A stretch of DNA of 32,000 nt from Brenneria sp. L3-3Z (GTDB lineage: Bacteria > Pseudomonadota > Gammaproteobacteria > Enterobacterales > Enterobacteriaceae): assembly GCF_040240325.1 (NCBI RefSeq), contig NZ_JBEIAD010000001.1, forward strand, positions 448,972 to 480,971, read 5' to 3'. The translations under genes were made by a program, and so were the position numbers. The notes below the pieces were generated by a model. That model saw only the letters and a list, made by a program, of their open reading frames with translations, did not search any database and was not told the DNA's origin. Of this stretch, positions 1-10,654 are shown piece by piece. The stretch's first letter is position 1, and every line of letters starts with the position of its first letter.

Positions 1-566
1 TGTTCCTGCATCAGCCGGTCGTCGGCGGTGATATAGGGTTCGCACTCGGCGGCATTGATGATCAACGTTTCGATGCCGCGCATCCCGCCTTGCAACTTGG
101 CGGCGGTTGGAAAACCGGCGCCGCCCAAACCGGCGATACCCGCCTGATGCAGGTGGGCGAGCAGGGTCTCCGCGGACTGCGTGCGGTAGTCGCCGAGCGC
201 GCGGCGTTCACACCAGCGGTCTTCGCCATCCGGGGTGATGAGCACGCTTAATTCAGGCAATGCCGAAGGGTGCGCCGTCATGTGATGACGAATCGCGCTC
301 ACCGTGCCGGAGGTCGGCGCATGGACCGGCAATGTCCGGCCTTTGCCGCGCGTCAGCGGCTGGCCGCGCAGTACCTGCTCGCCGACCTGGACGCAAAGTT
401 CGCCTTCCGGCCCGAGGTGCTGTTTGAGCGGAATGATAAACTGTTCCGGTAGCGGTATGGCGCGCAGCGGAACCTGGCTGGATTGGGTTTTCATTTCCGG
501 CGGATGAATTCCGCCGTTGAAATCCCAGATCCGATCTTTTTTCAAGGCGGTAAACAGCTTAAGCAT
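1..566 (-). CDS. rsxC: Rsx/Rnf electron-transport complex subunit C, N-terminal 188 codons only (gene runs off the left edge)
   Basis: Absent from the ORF track because the window edge truncates it. The reverse complement from 566 reads ATG CTT AAG CTG TTT ACC... = [76 protein letters not shown]... It stays open to base 1, ending ...[20 protein letters not shown], which is the conserved RsxC/RnfC N-terminus. The ATG overlaps the rsxB stop by 8 nt and the order rsxA-B-C is kept. Confidence 0.93.
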   Translation of the reverse strand, partial: MLKLFTALKKDRIWDFNGGIHPPEMKTQSSQVPLRAIPLPEQFIIPLKQHLGPEGELCVQVGEQVLRGQPLTRGKGRTLPVHAPTSGTVSAIRHHMTAHPSALPELSVLITPDGEDRWCERRALGDYRTQSAETLLAHLHQAGIAGLGGAGFPTAAKLQGGMRGIETLIINAAECEPYITADDRLMQE

Positions 567-1137
567 GGTGTTCTACTTGAATAACACGAACCGGAATGGC
601 GTTGAGATCCCATTTCCAGCTGTCGGGAGTCGGCGCGACGGGGCGCAGTTCGATACAGTCCGTGGGGCAGGGCGCGACGCACAGATCGCAACCGGTGCAG
701 AGGTCGCTGACGACGGTATGTACCGCTTTGGTGCTGCCGACGATGGCGTCTACCGGACAAGACTGAATGCACTTGGTGCAGCCGATGCAGTTTGCTTCGT
801 CAATCCAGGCGACTTGTCGCTCGGGTTTGCGCACGGCGTCGTCCCCGTCGAGCGGCTGCGGATCGACGTTCAGCTTCTCGGCCAGCTTCAGCATCATCGC
901 TTCGCCGCCGGGTACGCATTTATTGATTTTTTCGCCATTCAGCGAGACGGCTTCGGCATAGGGGCGACAGCCGGGATAACCGCACTGGCCGCACTGACTC
1001 TGCGGCAGCATGGCTTCGACCTGTTCAACGACAGGATCTTCCTCGACCTGAAAACGACGCGACGCGTAGCCGAGAATCAGACCGAAAAACAGGGCGAGCA
1101 AACTGAGTGCCGCAATGGCGATCCAAATAGCCGTCAT
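559..1137 (-). CDS. rsxB: Rsx/Rnf complex subunit B (4Fe-4S ferredoxin-type)
   Basis: 192 aa. N-terminal TM helix, then CGQCGYPGC and two CxxCxxCxxxCP ferredoxin motifs ([24 protein letters not shown]). Near-collinear with E. coli RsxB as I recall it. The start overlaps the rsxA stop (TAATG). Confidence 0.96.
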   Translation of the reverse strand: MTAIWIAIAALSLLALFFGLILGYASRRFQVEEDPVVEQVEAMLPQSQCGQCGYPGCRPYAEAVSLNGEKINKCVPGGEAMMLKLAEKLNVDPQPLDGDDAVRKPERQVAWIDEANCIGCTKCIQSCPVDAIVGSTKAVHTVVSDLCTGCDLCVAPCPTDCIELRPVAPTPDSWKWDLNAIPVRVIQVEHHA

Positions 1138-1718
1138 TAGAATTTCACCAAACCGGTAAAGCCCATGAAAGCCAGCGACATCAGCCCGGCGGTAATCAGC
1201 GCGATCGACGAACCGCGGAAGGGGGCGGGAACGTCGGAAACCGTAAGACGCTCGCGGATGGCGGCAAATAGCACCATCACTAAAGAAAAGCCGGCCGCCG
1301 CGCCGAAACCGTACAGCGTCGACTGAAGAAAACCATGGGACATGTTGACATTGAGCAGCACCACGCCCAGCACGGCGCAGTTGGTGGTGATTAACGGCAG
1401 AAAAATGCCCAGCAGGCGGTAAAGTTCCGGACTGGTTTTACGCACCACCAATTCCGAAAACTGCACGACGACGGCCAATACCAGAATGAACGCCATGGTT
1501 CGCAGGTAAACGATATTGAGCGGCTCCAGGACAAACGCGTTGACTATCCATGAAAACATCGAGCCCAATGTCATCACGAACGTGGTGGCCAATCCCATGC
1601 CGATAGCCGTCTCCAGGCGTTTGGATACGCCCATAAACGGACACAGCCCCAGAAACTTCACCAGAACGAAATTGTTTACCAGAAGGGCGCTAACAAATAA
1701 CAGTGCGTATTCGGTCAT
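1137..1718 (-). CDS. rsxA: Rsx/Rnf complex subunit A (integral membrane)
   Basis: 193 aa polytopic membrane protein, [33 protein letters not shown]..., the typical RnfA/RsxA sequence. First gene of the rsx operon. Confidence 0.96.
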   Translation of the reverse strand: MTEYALLFVSALLVNNFVLVKFLGLCPFMGVSKRLETAIGMGLATTFVMTLGSMFSWIVNAFVLEPLNIVYLRTMAFILVLAVVVQFSELVVRKTSPELYRLLGIFLPLITTNCAVLGVVLLNVNMSHGFLQSTLYGFGAAAGFSLVMVLFAAIRERLTVSDVPAPFRGSSIALITAGLMSLAFMGFTGLVKF

Positions 1719-1916
1719 TACTCTGCCTAAAAAAACAAAACCCGCACATTATCAGGTATTGTCAGGCTTTCGACAACACACCTAAAGTAAGGATATGGAC
1801 GAAACCTGAATGAATAGGGGCGCTGAACCCATATAAAGGAACGGAAAGATCATGACGATATCAACGGAAACCGGTGAATAAGCATAATTATTCATTAGCA
1901 TTATCACCGTTCGGAC

Positions 1917-2132
1917 TTATATCACATAGCGCCACACCGACTTGGGAACGCAACCCAAATCAAATAGCTTGCCGCCGGAAACCAGCTCCGCCCGCCGATG
2001 ATCCGCGGCCCGATACATATTGATTATTTCCTGGCTGTCGGTCAGGGAGTAGTTGAGATGATCGAAGAGTTTTTCCAGACTTTCCATCGTACTGACCTTC
2101 CGAAACTTAAGCAAGTAGTCATGCGCAGTCAT
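1917..2132 (-). CDS. cnu: Hha-family nucleoid-associated protein Cnu (YdgT)
   Basis: 71 aa, [71 protein letters not shown]. Almost residue-for-residue the E. coli Cnu pattern, and next to rsxA as in E. coli. Confidence 0.93.
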   Translation of the reverse strand: MTAHDYLLKFRKVSTMESLEKLFDHLNYSLTDSQEIINMYRAADHRRAELVSGGKLFDLGCVPKSVWRYVI

Positions 2133-2307
2133 AATTAATGAGCTAATAGTTATGATGTTGGGGGATTAAGTATATGCAAGAGATAGGCGCTGTCTATAGG
2201 ATAATAAAAAAAGAAATATAAATTCTAACCTACTGTTTTAATCCGCAAATCGTCATTATTTCCTGCGCGCTTTGTTCGCCGCGTCCGTGCGGCCCGGCGT
2301 TTTTCCG

Positions 2308-3813
2308 TTAGCGGCTACAGAGTTTGTAATACACCTCGTTCCAGCGCAATGCGTCCCTGAACGCAGGCAGGCGGGTATCGTTGTCGATTACCAGCAGCTC
2401 AATATTCTGCATCTCGGCATACAGACGCAGATAGTCCGCATCCAGCGCCTGGCTGAATACCGAGTGATGCGCGCCGCCCGCCAGAATCCAGGCCTCGGCG
2501 GCGACCTCCAGCGAGGGTTGCGCTTGCCAGATGGCGCGCGCGACCGGCAGCTTGGGCAACGGGCGCGGCTGTTCAATGGCGTCCACCACGTTAACCAGCA
2601 TTCTGAAACGATCGCCCATGTCGATAACGCTGGCATTGAGCGCAAGACCGGCGGGCGTGGAGAAAATCAGCCGCGCGGGATCGGCCTTGCCGCCGATCCC
2701 CAGATGTTGGGCGTCAAGAATCGGTTTTTGCTCCCGGGCGATGCTGGGGCAGACTTCCAGCATATGAGAGCCGACCACCAAATTATTGTGTGCCTGGAAG
2801 TTGTAGGTGTAGTCCTCCATAAACGAGGTGCCGCCGGGCAACCCCTGCGCCATCACTTTCATAATGCGCAGCAGCGCCGCCGTTTTCCAGTCGCCTTCGC
2901 CGCCAAACCCGTAGCCTTGCTGCATTAATCGCTGGACGGCCAGCCCCGGCAACTGCTTCAGCCCATACAGATTTTCAAAATCGGTGGTAAAGGCTTTATA
3001 GCCGCCCTGTTCCAGAAAACGTTTCAATCCCAGCTCGATTTGCGCCGCATCCAGCAGATTTTGCCGGTTCGGGCCGTGTAGTTTTACCGCATCGGTCAAG
3101 TGGTAGCTGGCTTCATACTCGTCAACCAGCGCATCGATATCGCCTTTGGCGACGGCATCGACCACGCCGGCCAAATCGCCCAATCCCCAGGCGCTGACGG
3201 AATAACCGAACTGGATCTGCGCGCCGACCTTATCGCCTTCCGTTACCGCCACTTCACGCATATTGTCGCCGAAACGCGCCAGTTTCAGCTGCTTGCTTTC
3301 CCGCAGCGCCGCCGCCACCCGCATCCATTTGGCGATACGTTCATGGGCCTGTTTATCCTGCCAGTGGCCGACAACCACCTGGTGCGACTGACGCATCCGG
3401 GCGCCGATAAACCCGAATTCCCGGCCGCCGTGCGCCGTCTGATTCAGATTCATAAAATCCATATCCATGGTGTCCCACGGAATTTCCGCGTTGAACTGGG
3501 TATGAAATTGCAGCAGCGGCTTGTGCAGAACGCGCAGCCCGCCGATCCACATCTTGGCGGGCGAGAAGGTATGCAGCCAGGTCAGCAGACCGATACAGTT
3601 ATCCTGATAATTGGCGTCCCGGCACAGCGAGAGAATTTCGTCCGGCGTTTTCACCAGCGGTTTAAGCACCAGTTTTACCGGCAGTCCGGCCTGCTGATTC
3701 AGACCGGCGACCACGTTTTCCGCGTTCTCCTTGACCTGACGTAAGGTTTCCGGTCCATACAGGTGTTGGCTGCCGATAACAAACCAGACTTCAAGCTGCT
3801 TGAAATGATCCAT
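2308..3813 (-). CDS. araA: L-arabinose isomerase
   Basis: 501 aa, [27 protein letters not shown]..., full-length AraA signature. Lies directly downstream of araB. Confidence 0.97.
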   Translation of the reverse strand: MDHFKQLEVWFVIGSQHLYGPETLRQVKENAENVVAGLNQQAGLPVKLVLKPLVKTPDEILSLCRDANYQDNCIGLLTWLHTFSPAKMWIGGLRVLHKPLLQFHTQFNAEIPWDTMDMDFMNLNQTAHGGREFGFIGARMRQSHQVVVGHWQDKQAHERIAKWMRVAAALRESKQLKLARFGDNMREVAVTEGDKVGAQIQFGYSVSAWGLGDLAGVVDAVAKGDIDALVDEYEASYHLTDAVKLHGPNRQNLLDAAQIELGLKRFLEQGGYKAFTTDFENLYGLKQLPGLAVQRLMQQGYGFGGEGDWKTAALLRIMKVMAQGLPGGTSFMEDYTYNFQAHNNLVVGSHMLEVCPSIAREQKPILDAQHLGIGGKADPARLIFSTPAGLALNASVIDMGDRFRMLVNVVDAIEQPRPLPKLPVARAIWQAQPSLEVAAEAWILAGGAHHSVFSQALDADYLRLYAEMQNIELLVIDNDTRLPAFRDALRWNEVYYKLCSR

Positions 3814-3862
3814 GATGACTCCTGTTTATTCCCAACGGGAAGCGAAAGTAATTAACCGAGAT

Positions 3863-5548
3863 TCACGCTTGCGCCTGCCGGTTCGCGCGGTAAGCCGGCT
3901 CGGCGATGCGGCACCACTGCTGATAACGTTCGTAGAGCCGCTGATACTGTGCGACGCGTCGGCAGTCCGGCGTCAGCGTGCGTTCAATACCGCTGGCCAT
4001 GTGGCGTTGCGCGCCGGGAATGTCGGCATGAATGCCCGCCGCCACGGCGGCGAAGATGGCCGCGCCCAGCGCGCAGCACTGGTCGGAGGCGACGATTTGC
4101 AACGGGCGATTCATCACATCGGTGCAAACCTGCATGATGGTCGGGGATTTGCGGGCGATACCGCCAAGGGCGAGAATGTTCTCGACCGGCACGCCCTGAT
4201 TTTCAAAGCACTCCATGATGGCGCGGGCGCCGAAGGCCGAGGCGGCGATAAAACCGCCAAACAGCGTCGGCGCATCCGTACCCAGATTGAGATCGGTAAT
4301 CACGCCTTTTAACCGCTGGTCGGCGAAGGGGGTCCGGCGACCGTTAAACCAGTCGAGCACCACGGGCAGGTGATCCAGCGTCGGGTTCGCCGCCCAGGCT
4401 TGCGTCAGCCGCTCCAGCAGTTGCGCCTGCGTCGCCTGCAACTGCGCCTTAATCGCCGGATGATCGTCGGCGGCCTGCTGCAATGACCAGTTCAGCAGCC
4501 GGCCAAACCAGGCGTACATATCGCCAAAGGCGGATTGTCCCGCTTCCAGCCCGATATAGCCGGGTACCACGCTGCCGTCCACCTGGCCGCAGATACCTTT
4601 AATCGTTCGCCCGGCAATCCGATCTTCCTCGGCAATCAGAATGTCGCAGGTGGAGGTGCCGATCACTTTCACCAGCGTATACGGCTGCGCGCCGGCGCCG
4701 ACGGTGCCGACATGGCAGTCAAACGCGCCGCCGGCGATAACCACGTTTTCGGGCAGACCAAGCCGTTGCGCCCACTCCGGCGTAATGACGCCGACCGGCT
4801 GCTCGGCGGTCCAGGTATCGGTGAACAGCGGGTATTGCAGGTTTTCGCTCAGACAGGGATCGAGCGCGCGCAGGAAGGTTTCCGGCGGCACGCCGCCCCA
4901 GTCGGGGTGCCAGAGCGATTTATGCCCGGCGCTGCAACGACCGCGTTTGATCTGGCCGGGCGCATGCGTGCCGGAAAGCAGGGCCGGCGCCCAGTCGCAG
5001 AGTTCAACCCAGGAGACGGCGGCCTGACGCACCGCGGCATCCGCACGCGAGACGTGCAGTATTTTTGCCCAGAACCATTCCGAGGAGTAGACGCCGCCGA
5101 TATAGCGGGTGTAGTCGGGGAACCGGCCGCTGCGGCACAGCGCGTTGATTTCCTCGGCTTCTTCTATCGCGCTGTGATCTTTCCACAGTACGAACATGGC
5201 GTTCGGGTTATCGGCGAATTCCGGGCGCAGCGCCAGGATATTGCCCTGCGCGTCGATAGGCGCGGGCGTGGAGCCGGTTGAATCCACGCCGATGCCGACG
5301 ATCCGTTGACGCTGTCGCGCGCTGAGTCGTCCGGCGGCGGCGCGAATGGCCTGTTCCAGCGATTCAATATAATCCAGAGGATGGTGGCGGAATTGGTTGG
5401 CGGCCGGTTGACAATATTTCCCGGCGCGCCAGCGGGGATAATAAACCACGTCCGTCGCCAATTCCTCTCCGGTCTGGCAGTCCACGGCCAACGCGCGCAC
5501 CGAATCACTGCCGAAGTCGAGTCCAATCGTAATCGCATCCGCACTCAT
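3863..5548 (-). CDS. araB: L-ribulokinase (FGGY kinase family)
   Basis: 561 aa. N-terminus [18 protein letters not shown] (FGGY kinase P-loop-like motif). Length and context (araB-araA) match ribulokinase. Confidence 0.95.
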   Translation of the reverse strand: MSADAITIGLDFGSDSVRALAVDCQTGEELATDVVYYPRWRAGKYCQPAANQFRHHPLDYIESLEQAIRAAAGRLSARQRQRIVGIGVDSTGSTPAPIDAQGNILALRPEFADNPNAMFVLWKDHSAIEEAEEINALCRSGRFPDYTRYIGGVYSSEWFWAKILHVSRADAAVRQAAVSWVELCDWAPALLSGTHAPGQIKRGRCSAGHKSLWHPDWGGVPPETFLRALDPCLSENLQYPLFTDTWTAEQPVGVITPEWAQRLGLPENVVIAGGAFDCHVGTVGAGAQPYTLVKVIGTSTCDILIAEEDRIAGRTIKGICGQVDGSVVPGYIGLEAGQSAFGDMYAWFGRLLNWSLQQAADDHPAIKAQLQATQAQLLERLTQAWAANPTLDHLPVVLDWFNGRRTPFADQRLKGVITDLNLGTDAPTLFGGFIAASAFGARAIMECFENQGVPVENILALGGIARKSPTIMQVCTDVMNRPLQIVASDQCCALGAAIFAAVAAGIHADIPGAQRHMASGIERTLTPDCRRVAQYQRLYERYQQWCRIAEPAYRANRQAQA

Positions 5549-5919
5549 CGCTTGCTCCTGTTCGTCCTCTTTGTCGTGCTGTAACGATAAAGAGAGACAA
5601 CGCCGGGGGTGAGGAGGCGTTAGCTGGAAGTATGCATTTTTCTGCCGCTGTCGGTCATTTTGTGATGCCCGTCAAAAGTTAACAACCGGTTAAATTCGCT
5701 AAATATATGTACAAACCTGTCATTATTTCGGGATGTGATAACGCTCTATCTTCTGGTGAAAAATAACAGCTAAAAGGTAGGGCGTCTGAATGCTGTGGAG
5801 GAAAGGAATTGCATCAACGCCGTGTTTTTCCTTTATCCAGACCGGAAATGCCCTACTGGAAACGATTACACGTTTCAGCGTCATCGGCGTGTAAAACGAT
5901 AAATACACCGGAGAACATC
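5549..5919. promoter_or_regulatory. Divergent araBA / araFGH-araC control region
   Basis: 371-bp AT-richer spacer between divergently transcribed araB and araF. AraC and CRP control is expected from established ara biology. I could not place AraC half-sites confidently. Weak partial matches to araI1 (TAGCATTTTTATCCATA) occur at 5632-5648 (ATGCATTTTTCTGCCGC, 10/17) and as a TTTATCCA block at 5832-5839. Confidence 0.6.
5658..5679. promoter_or_regulatory. Candidate CRP-cAMP binding site
   Basis: TTT TGTGA TGCCCG TCAAA AGT matches TGTGA-N6-TCACA with one mismatch in the right half. Its centre is about 120 bp upstream of the araB ATG. As I recall, that is comparable to the CRP position at E. coli pBAD (-93.5 plus a short leader). 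Confidence 0.45.
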
Positions 5920-6903
5920 ATGCATAAATTCACTAAGGTGCTGGCGACGATTGGGCTGGCCGCCGTTATGTCACAATCGGCTATCGCTGAAACGCTGAAA
6001 CTGGGATTTCTGGTTAAACAACCAGAAGAGCCCTGGTTTCAGACGGAATGGAAGTTTGCCGATAAGGCCGGCAAGGATCTTGGCTTCGACGTGATCAAAA
6101 TTGCCGTGCCGGATGGCGAAAAAACGCTTAACGCCATTGATAGCCTGGCCGCCAGCGGCGCGAAAGGCTTCGTTATCTGTACGCCCGATCCCAAACTGGG
6201 GCCGGCCATTGTGGCTAAAGCGCGCAGTTACGATCTGAAAGTCATCGCGGTGGACGACCAGTTCGTCAATGCCAAAGGCGAACCGATGGCGTCGGTACCG
6301 CTGGTGATGATGGCGGCGACCAAAATCGGCGAGCGTCAGGGGCAGGAGCTGTGGAAAGAGATGAATAACCGCGGCTGGAAGGTGGATGAAACCGCCGTGA
6401 TGGCGATTACCTCCAATGAGCTGGACACCGCGCGCCGTCGGACAACCGGTTCGATGGAAGCCCTGAAAGCGGCCGGTTTCCCGGAAAAACACATCTATCA
6501 GGTGCCGACCAAATCCAACGATATCCCCGGCGCATTCGACGCCGCCAACTCCATGCTGGTTCAGCATCCGCAGGTGAAGAACTGGCTGATCGTCGGCATG
6601 AACGATAACACCGTGCTGGGCGGCGTGCGCGCCACCGAAGGTCAGGGCTTTAAAGCGGCTAACGTGATCGGTATCGGCATCAACGGCGTGGATGCGGTGA
6701 GCGAACTGTCGAAGGGCCAGGCCACCGGCTTTTATGGCTCGCTGCTGCCAAGCCCGGATATCCACGGCTATAAGAGCATCCAGATGCTGAACGACTGGGT
6801 CGCCAAAGGCGTGGAGCCGGAAAAATTCACCGAGGTCACCGACGTGGTGCTGATCACCCGGGAAAACTTCAAAGTCGAGCTGGAGAAAAAGGGCCTGCTG
6901 TAA
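5920..6903 (+). CDS. araF: L-arabinose ABC transporter periplasmic binding protein
   Basis: The track ORF starts at 5809. The internal ATG at 5920 is preceded by GGAGA (5909-5913) and gives MHKFTKVLATIGLAAVMSQSAIA|ETLKLGFLVKQPEEPWF, a signal peptide plus the mature AraF N-terminus. Confidence 0.95.
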   Translation: MHKFTKVLATIGLAAVMSQSAIAETLKLGFLVKQPEEPWFQTEWKFADKAGKDLGFDVIKIAVPDGEKTLNAIDSLAASGAKGFVICTPDPKLGPAIVAKARSYDLKVIAVDDQFVNAKGEPMASVPLVMMAATKIGERQGQELWKEMNNRGWKVDETAVMAITSNELDTARRRTTGSMEALKAAGFPEKHIYQVPTKSNDIPGAFDAANSMLVQHPQVKNWLIVGMNDNTVLGGVRATEGQGFKAANVIGIGINGVDAVSELSKGQATGFYGSLLPSPDIHGYKSIQMLNDWVAKGVEPEKFTEVTDVVLITRENFKVELEKKGLL

Positions 6904-6962
6904 TACCGGCGCGGTGATGATATCTCGATCGTTTCGGCCGCGCGGCGGGTAAGTCAGGAGAT

Positions 6963-6986
6963 GGCGGAGCGAGTCTCCGCCGTTTT
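6963..6986 (+). terminator. Intercistronic hairpin + T-run between araF and araG (partial terminator or mRNA-stabilising stem)
   Basis: GGCGGAG cgagt CTCCGCC followed by GTTTT. 7-bp GC stem, 5-nt loop, located about 60 nt after the araF stop. Confidence 0.5.
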
Positions 6987-7019
6987 GACAGCAACCGTTT
7001 TAACCATGAGGAAATGGCC

Positions 7020-8543
7020 ATGACGGCACAGTCACCCTATTTATCATTTCATGGCATCGGCAAAGCGTTTCCCGGCGTGAAGGCGCTGACGGACATCAGC
7101 TTTTCCTGTTATGCCGGGCAGATCCATGCCCTGATGGGGGAAAACGGCGCGGGTAAATCCACGCTATTAAAGATTTTGAGCGGTAACTATTTGCCTTCTA
7201 CCGGGGAAATCCATATTCAGGGTAAGCCGGCGCAGTTCAACAATACGATGGATGCCCTGAATCAGGGGATTGCCATTATTTATCAGGAATTGCATCTGGT
7301 GCCGGAAATGACGGTGGCGGAAAACATCTATCTCGGCCAGTTTCCGCATAAATACGGCGTGGTTAACTATTCGCTGATGCGTTATGAAAGCCAACTGCAA
7401 CTCGATCATCTGGGGTTGGATATCGATCCCGATACGCCGCTTAAATACCTGTCCATCGGCCAGTGGCAAATGGTGGAAATCGCCAAAGCGCTGGCGCGCA
7501 ACGCCAAAATCATCGCCTTTGACGAACCCACCAGTTCGCTGTCCGCGCGGGAAATCGAACAATTGTTCCGGGTAATCCGCGAGTTACGCAGCGAAGGGCG
7601 CGTCATTTTGTACGTTTCGCACCGTATGGAAGAGATTTTCGCCCTGAGCGACGCCATCACCGTGTTTAAAGATGGCCGCTATGTCCGCACCTTTGACGAT
7701 ATGGCGCAGGTGAACCATGAATCGCTGGTTCAGGCGATGGTGGGCAGAAACCTGGGCGATATCTATGGCTACGCGCCGCGTACCTGCGGCGAAGCGCGGC
7801 TGACCCTGAAGGATGTGAAGGCGCCGGGGGTGAAGTCCACGGTTTCCCTGCAAGTGCGTCAGGGGGAAATCGTCGGGTTATTCGGGCTGGTGGGCGCCGG
7901 ACGCAGCGAACTGCTGAAAGGGCTGTTCGGGGCGACCCGCATCACCAGCGGGCAGGTACAGCTGGACGGCAAGCCATTAGCGGTTAATTCGCCGATTGAG
8001 GCGATCCGTCAGGGCATCATGCTGTGTCCTGAAGATCGCAAGGCGGAGGGGATCATCGCCGTTCATTCGGTACGCGACAACATTAATATCAGCGCGCGGC
8101 GCAAGAGTCTGAAGGCCGGCTTCATCATTAACAATCGCTGGGAGGAGGAGAATGCGCGGCAACGGATCCTGGCGTTGAACATCAAAACCCCCAGCGCGCA
8201 ACAACTGATGATGAATCTTTCCGGCGGCAACCAGCAGAAGGCGATTCTGGGGCGCTGGTTATCCGAAGAGATGAAAGTCATTCTGCTGGATGAGCCAACG
8301 CGCGGGATTGACGTCGGCGCCAAACATGAAATCTATCACGTCATTTATGAACTGGCGAAGCAAGGCATCGCCGTGCTTTTCGCTTCCAGCGATCTGCCGG
8401 AAGTGCTTGGGCTGGCCGATCGTATCATCGTGATGCGTGAAGGCGCGGTCTCCGGCGAGCTGATGCACGATGAAGCCACTGAGCAGAGCGTGCTGAGTCT
8501 GGCCATGTTACGAACCCCTGATATTGAAGCTGCGGTCGCCTGA
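7020..8543 (+). CDS. araG: L-arabinose ABC transporter ATP-binding protein (duplicated ABC domains)
   Basis: Walker [10 protein letters not shown], signature LSIGQWQ / LSGGNQQK, and two ATPase domains. Collinear with E. coli AraG. The track start is 7014, but GAGGA (7008-7012) is better spaced for the ATG at 7020. The start is uncertain by 2 codons. Confidence 0.95.
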   Translation: MTAQSPYLSFHGIGKAFPGVKALTDISFSCYAGQIHALMGENGAGKSTLLKILSGNYLPSTGEIHIQGKPAQFNNTMDALNQGIAIIYQELHLVPEMTVAENIYLGQFPHKYGVVNYSLMRYESQLQLDHLGLDIDPDTPLKYLSIGQWQMVEIAKALARNAKIIAFDEPTSSLSAREIEQLFRVIRELRSEGRVILYVSHRMEEIFALSDAITVFKDGRYVRTFDDMAQVNHESLVQAMVGRNLGDIYGYAPRTCGEARLTLKDVKAPGVKSTVSLQVRQGEIVGLFGLVGAGRSELLKGLFGATRITSGQVQLDGKPLAVNSPIEAIRQGIMLCPEDRKAEGIIAVHSVRDNINISARRKSLKAGFIINNRWEEENARQRILALNIKTPSAQQLMMNLSGGNQQKAILGRWLSEEMKVILLDEPTRGIDVGAKHEIYHVIYELAKQGIAVLFASSDLPEVLGLADRIIVMREGAVSGELMHDEATEQSVLSLAMLRTPDIEAAVA

Positions 8544-8560
8544 CCGTAAAGGAGCAAACC

Positions 8561-9565
8561 ATGCCAGTAAGTAAAACGGATTCAACGGTCGCGTCTGCGC
8601 GCGCTGGAAAGCGGCAAAACGGGATGAGCATCGCGCGTATTTGGGATAACTACGGCATGCTGGTGGTGTTTGCCGTGCTGTTTGTCGCTTGCGCGATTTT
8701 CGTCCCGAACTTCTCCAGTTTTATCAATATGAAAGGGTTGGGGCTGGCGATATCCATGTCAGGCATGGTGGCCTGCGGGATGCTGTTTTGCCTGGCGTCC
8801 GGCGATTTTGACCTGTCCGTCGCATCGATTATCGCCTGCGCCGGCGTGACCACGGCGGTGGTGATCAACATCAGCCAAAGTTTGTGGATCGGCGTCGGCG
8901 CCGGGCTGTTGCTGGGCATCGCTTTCGGTTTGATTAACGGCTTTATCATTGCGCGACTGAAGATTAACGCGCTGATCACCACGCTGGCGACGATGCAGAT
9001 CGCGCGCGGACTGGCCTACATTATCTCCGACGGCAAAGCGGTCGGTATCGAAGACGAGCGTTTCTTTGAACTGGGCTATGCCAACTGGCTGGGGCTGCCG
9101 GCGCCGATCTGGATCACCGTGGCCTGTATGATCCTGTTTGGGCTGCTGCTCAATAAAACCACCTTCGGACGCAATACGCTGGCGATAGGCGGAAACGAAG
9201 AGGCCGCGCGTCTGGCGGGGGTGCCGGTGGTCCGCACCAAAATCATCATCTTTGCGCTTTCCGGTCTGGTCTCCGCGGCGGCGGGCATCATTCTGGCGTC
9301 GCGGATGACCAGCGGTCAGCCGATGACCTCGATCGGTTATGAGCTGATCGTGATTTCCGCCTGCGTGCTGGGCGGGGTGTCGCTGAAGGGCGGCATCGGC
9401 AAAATTTCTTATGTCGTCGCCGGCGTGCTGATTTTGGGGACCGTGGAAAACGCCATGAATCTGCTGAATATTTCGCCGTTCTCGCAATACGTGGTGCGCG
9501 GCTTGATTCTGCTGGCCGCGGTGATCTTCGACCGCTACAAACAGCTGGCGAAGAAAACGGTATAA
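8561..9565 (+). CDS. araH: L-arabinose ABC transporter permease
   Basis: 334 aa polytopic membrane protein, ...[26 protein letters not shown]...[16 protein letters not shown], the AraH pattern. AAGGAG RBS lies upstream. Confidence 0.95.
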   Translation: MPVSKTDSTVASARAGKRQNGMSIARIWDNYGMLVVFAVLFVACAIFVPNFSSFINMKGLGLAISMSGMVACGMLFCLASGDFDLSVASIIACAGVTTAVVINISQSLWIGVGAGLLLGIAFGLINGFIIARLKINALITTLATMQIARGLAYIISDGKAVGIEDERFFELGYANWLGLPAPIWITVACMILFGLLLNKTTFGRNTLAIGGNEEAARLAGVPVVRTKIIIFALSGLVSAAAGIILASRMTSGQPMTSIGYELIVISACVLGGVSLKGGIGKISYVVAGVLILGTVENAMNLLNISPFSQYVVRGLILLAAVIFDRYKQLAKKTV

Positions 9566-9623
9566 GCCGCGTGACGGGGTAAAACCTGTATTTCATTCTC
9601 TCACCAGGTGTTCCGGAGGTTGG

Positions 9624-10583
9624 ATGTATCACCGTGTGGCGCAGGAATCCCAGTCTAATCCGTTGCTGCCAGGCTACTCGTTTAACGCCTACCTGGTCGC
9701 CGGATTAACGCCCATCCTGGCGGGCGGACCGCTCGACTTCTTCATCGATCGCCCGGATGGCATGAAAGGCTACATCATTAATCTCACGATTAAGGGGGAA
9801 GGACAGGTTTTTGCCGGCGACGACGCCTTTTATTGCCGTCCGGGCGATTTACTGCTGTTTCCTCCCAAATCAAAACACTTTTACGGCCGCGCGCCCGACA
9901 GCGACTGCTGGTATCACCGCTGGGTCTATTTTCGTCCGCGGGCGTACTGGGCCGATTGGCTGGAGTGGCATACCCGGCGCTGCGGCGTCGGCTGTTTGAG
10001 CCTGCCGAATAATCAGCTGTTGCTGGAGTTCGATCGGCTATTCGCCAATATTGAGCAGACTCAGCGCTCGGGACGGCGTTTCTCGGAAGAGTTGGGGATG
10101 AACCTGCTGGAGCGTCTGCTGCTGAGGGCGATGGAGGAAGATCCGCAGAGTCCGCAAAAAATCATGGATCCGCGGGTGATTGAAGCCTGCCAGTTTATTA
10201 CCGGCAATCTGGCCGGCGAATTGCGCATTGATGAGGTCGCCCGCCACGTGTGCCTGTCGCCATCGCGGCTGGCGCATCTGTTCCGCGAGCAGGTCGGGAT
10301 TAATATCTTGCGCTGGCGTGAAGACCAGCGGGTGATCCGGGCCAAGCTGCTGCTGCAAACCACGCAGGAGTCCATCGCCAATATCGGCAGGGTGGTCGGT
10401 TATGACGATCAGCTCTATTTCTCCCGCGTATTTCGCAAACGCGTGGGGGTCAGTCCGAGCGATTTCCGTCGCAGCCGCAGCGAAATCAACTATCCGGCGG
10501 CCAGAAAAGAGACGCCGATATGGGAAGAGGCCGCCCCCGGCGCCGTTGGCATTCACCGCACGGCGGAGATATCGTCAAGATAA
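9624..10583 (+). CDS. araC: Arabinose operon regulator AraC (AraC/XylS family)
   Basis: [20 protein letters not shown]...[20 protein letters not shown]...C-terminal [46 protein letters not shown]. 319 aa, about 27 aa longer at the C-terminus than the 292-aa E. coli protein as I recall it. Confidence 0.94.
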   Translation: MYHRVAQESQSNPLLPGYSFNAYLVAGLTPILAGGPLDFFIDRPDGMKGYIINLTIKGEGQVFAGDDAFYCRPGDLLLFPPKSKHFYGRAPDSDCWYHRWVYFRPRAYWADWLEWHTRRCGVGCLSLPNNQLLLEFDRLFANIEQTQRSGRRFSEELGMNLLERLLLRAMEEDPQSPQKIMDPRVIEACQFITGNLAGELRIDEVARHVCLSPSRLAHLFREQVGINILRWREDQRVIRAKLLLQTTQESIANIGRVVGYDDQLYFSRVFRKRVGVSPSDFRRSRSEINYPAARKETPIWEEAAPGAVGIHRTAEISSR

Positions 10584-10614
10584 CCCGATTCCTCTAAATT
10601 TATTGGGTATATAC

Positions 10615-10631
10615 TTGTGATGAAATCACAA
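10615..10631. promoter_or_regulatory. Perfect 7-3-7 palindrome upstream of ydgJ (candidate operator)
   Basis: TTGTGAT gaa ATCACAA. It lies just downstream of a TATACT -10-like hexamer (10609-10614) and 24 bp before the ydgJ ATG. Confidence 0.35.
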
Positions 10632-10654
10632 CGTCAATGCTAAGGGGAATCTTC

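Noticed and set aside
1852-1881. A 9-codon mini-ORF (MTISTETGE) with a GGAAAG upstream, in the rsxA-cnu spacer where E. coli has ydgK.
   Set aside because: It is too short and featureless to support. There is no hydrophobic segment as in known small membrane proteins, and it is probably chance.
5723-5908. A 61-aa ORF on the minus strand inside the araB/araF control region.
   Set aside because: It lies in an AT-rich regulatory spacer with no RBS and no recognisable family, and it overlaps the araF promoter/leader.
5809-5919. 5' extensions of track ORFs: araF from 5809, add to 14246, ynfK from 24753, MFS from 25543, ydgJ from 10637.
   Set aside because: Internal starts give the conserved N-termini or signal peptides and have better RBS spacing. 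The extensions are non-conserved and would bury signal peptides or TM1.
10615-10631. Reading TTGTGATGAAATCACAA as a CRP site.
   Set aside because: The TGTGA and TCACA halves are separated by 5 nt, not the 6 nt required for CRP. It is kept only as an unassigned palindrome in the findings.
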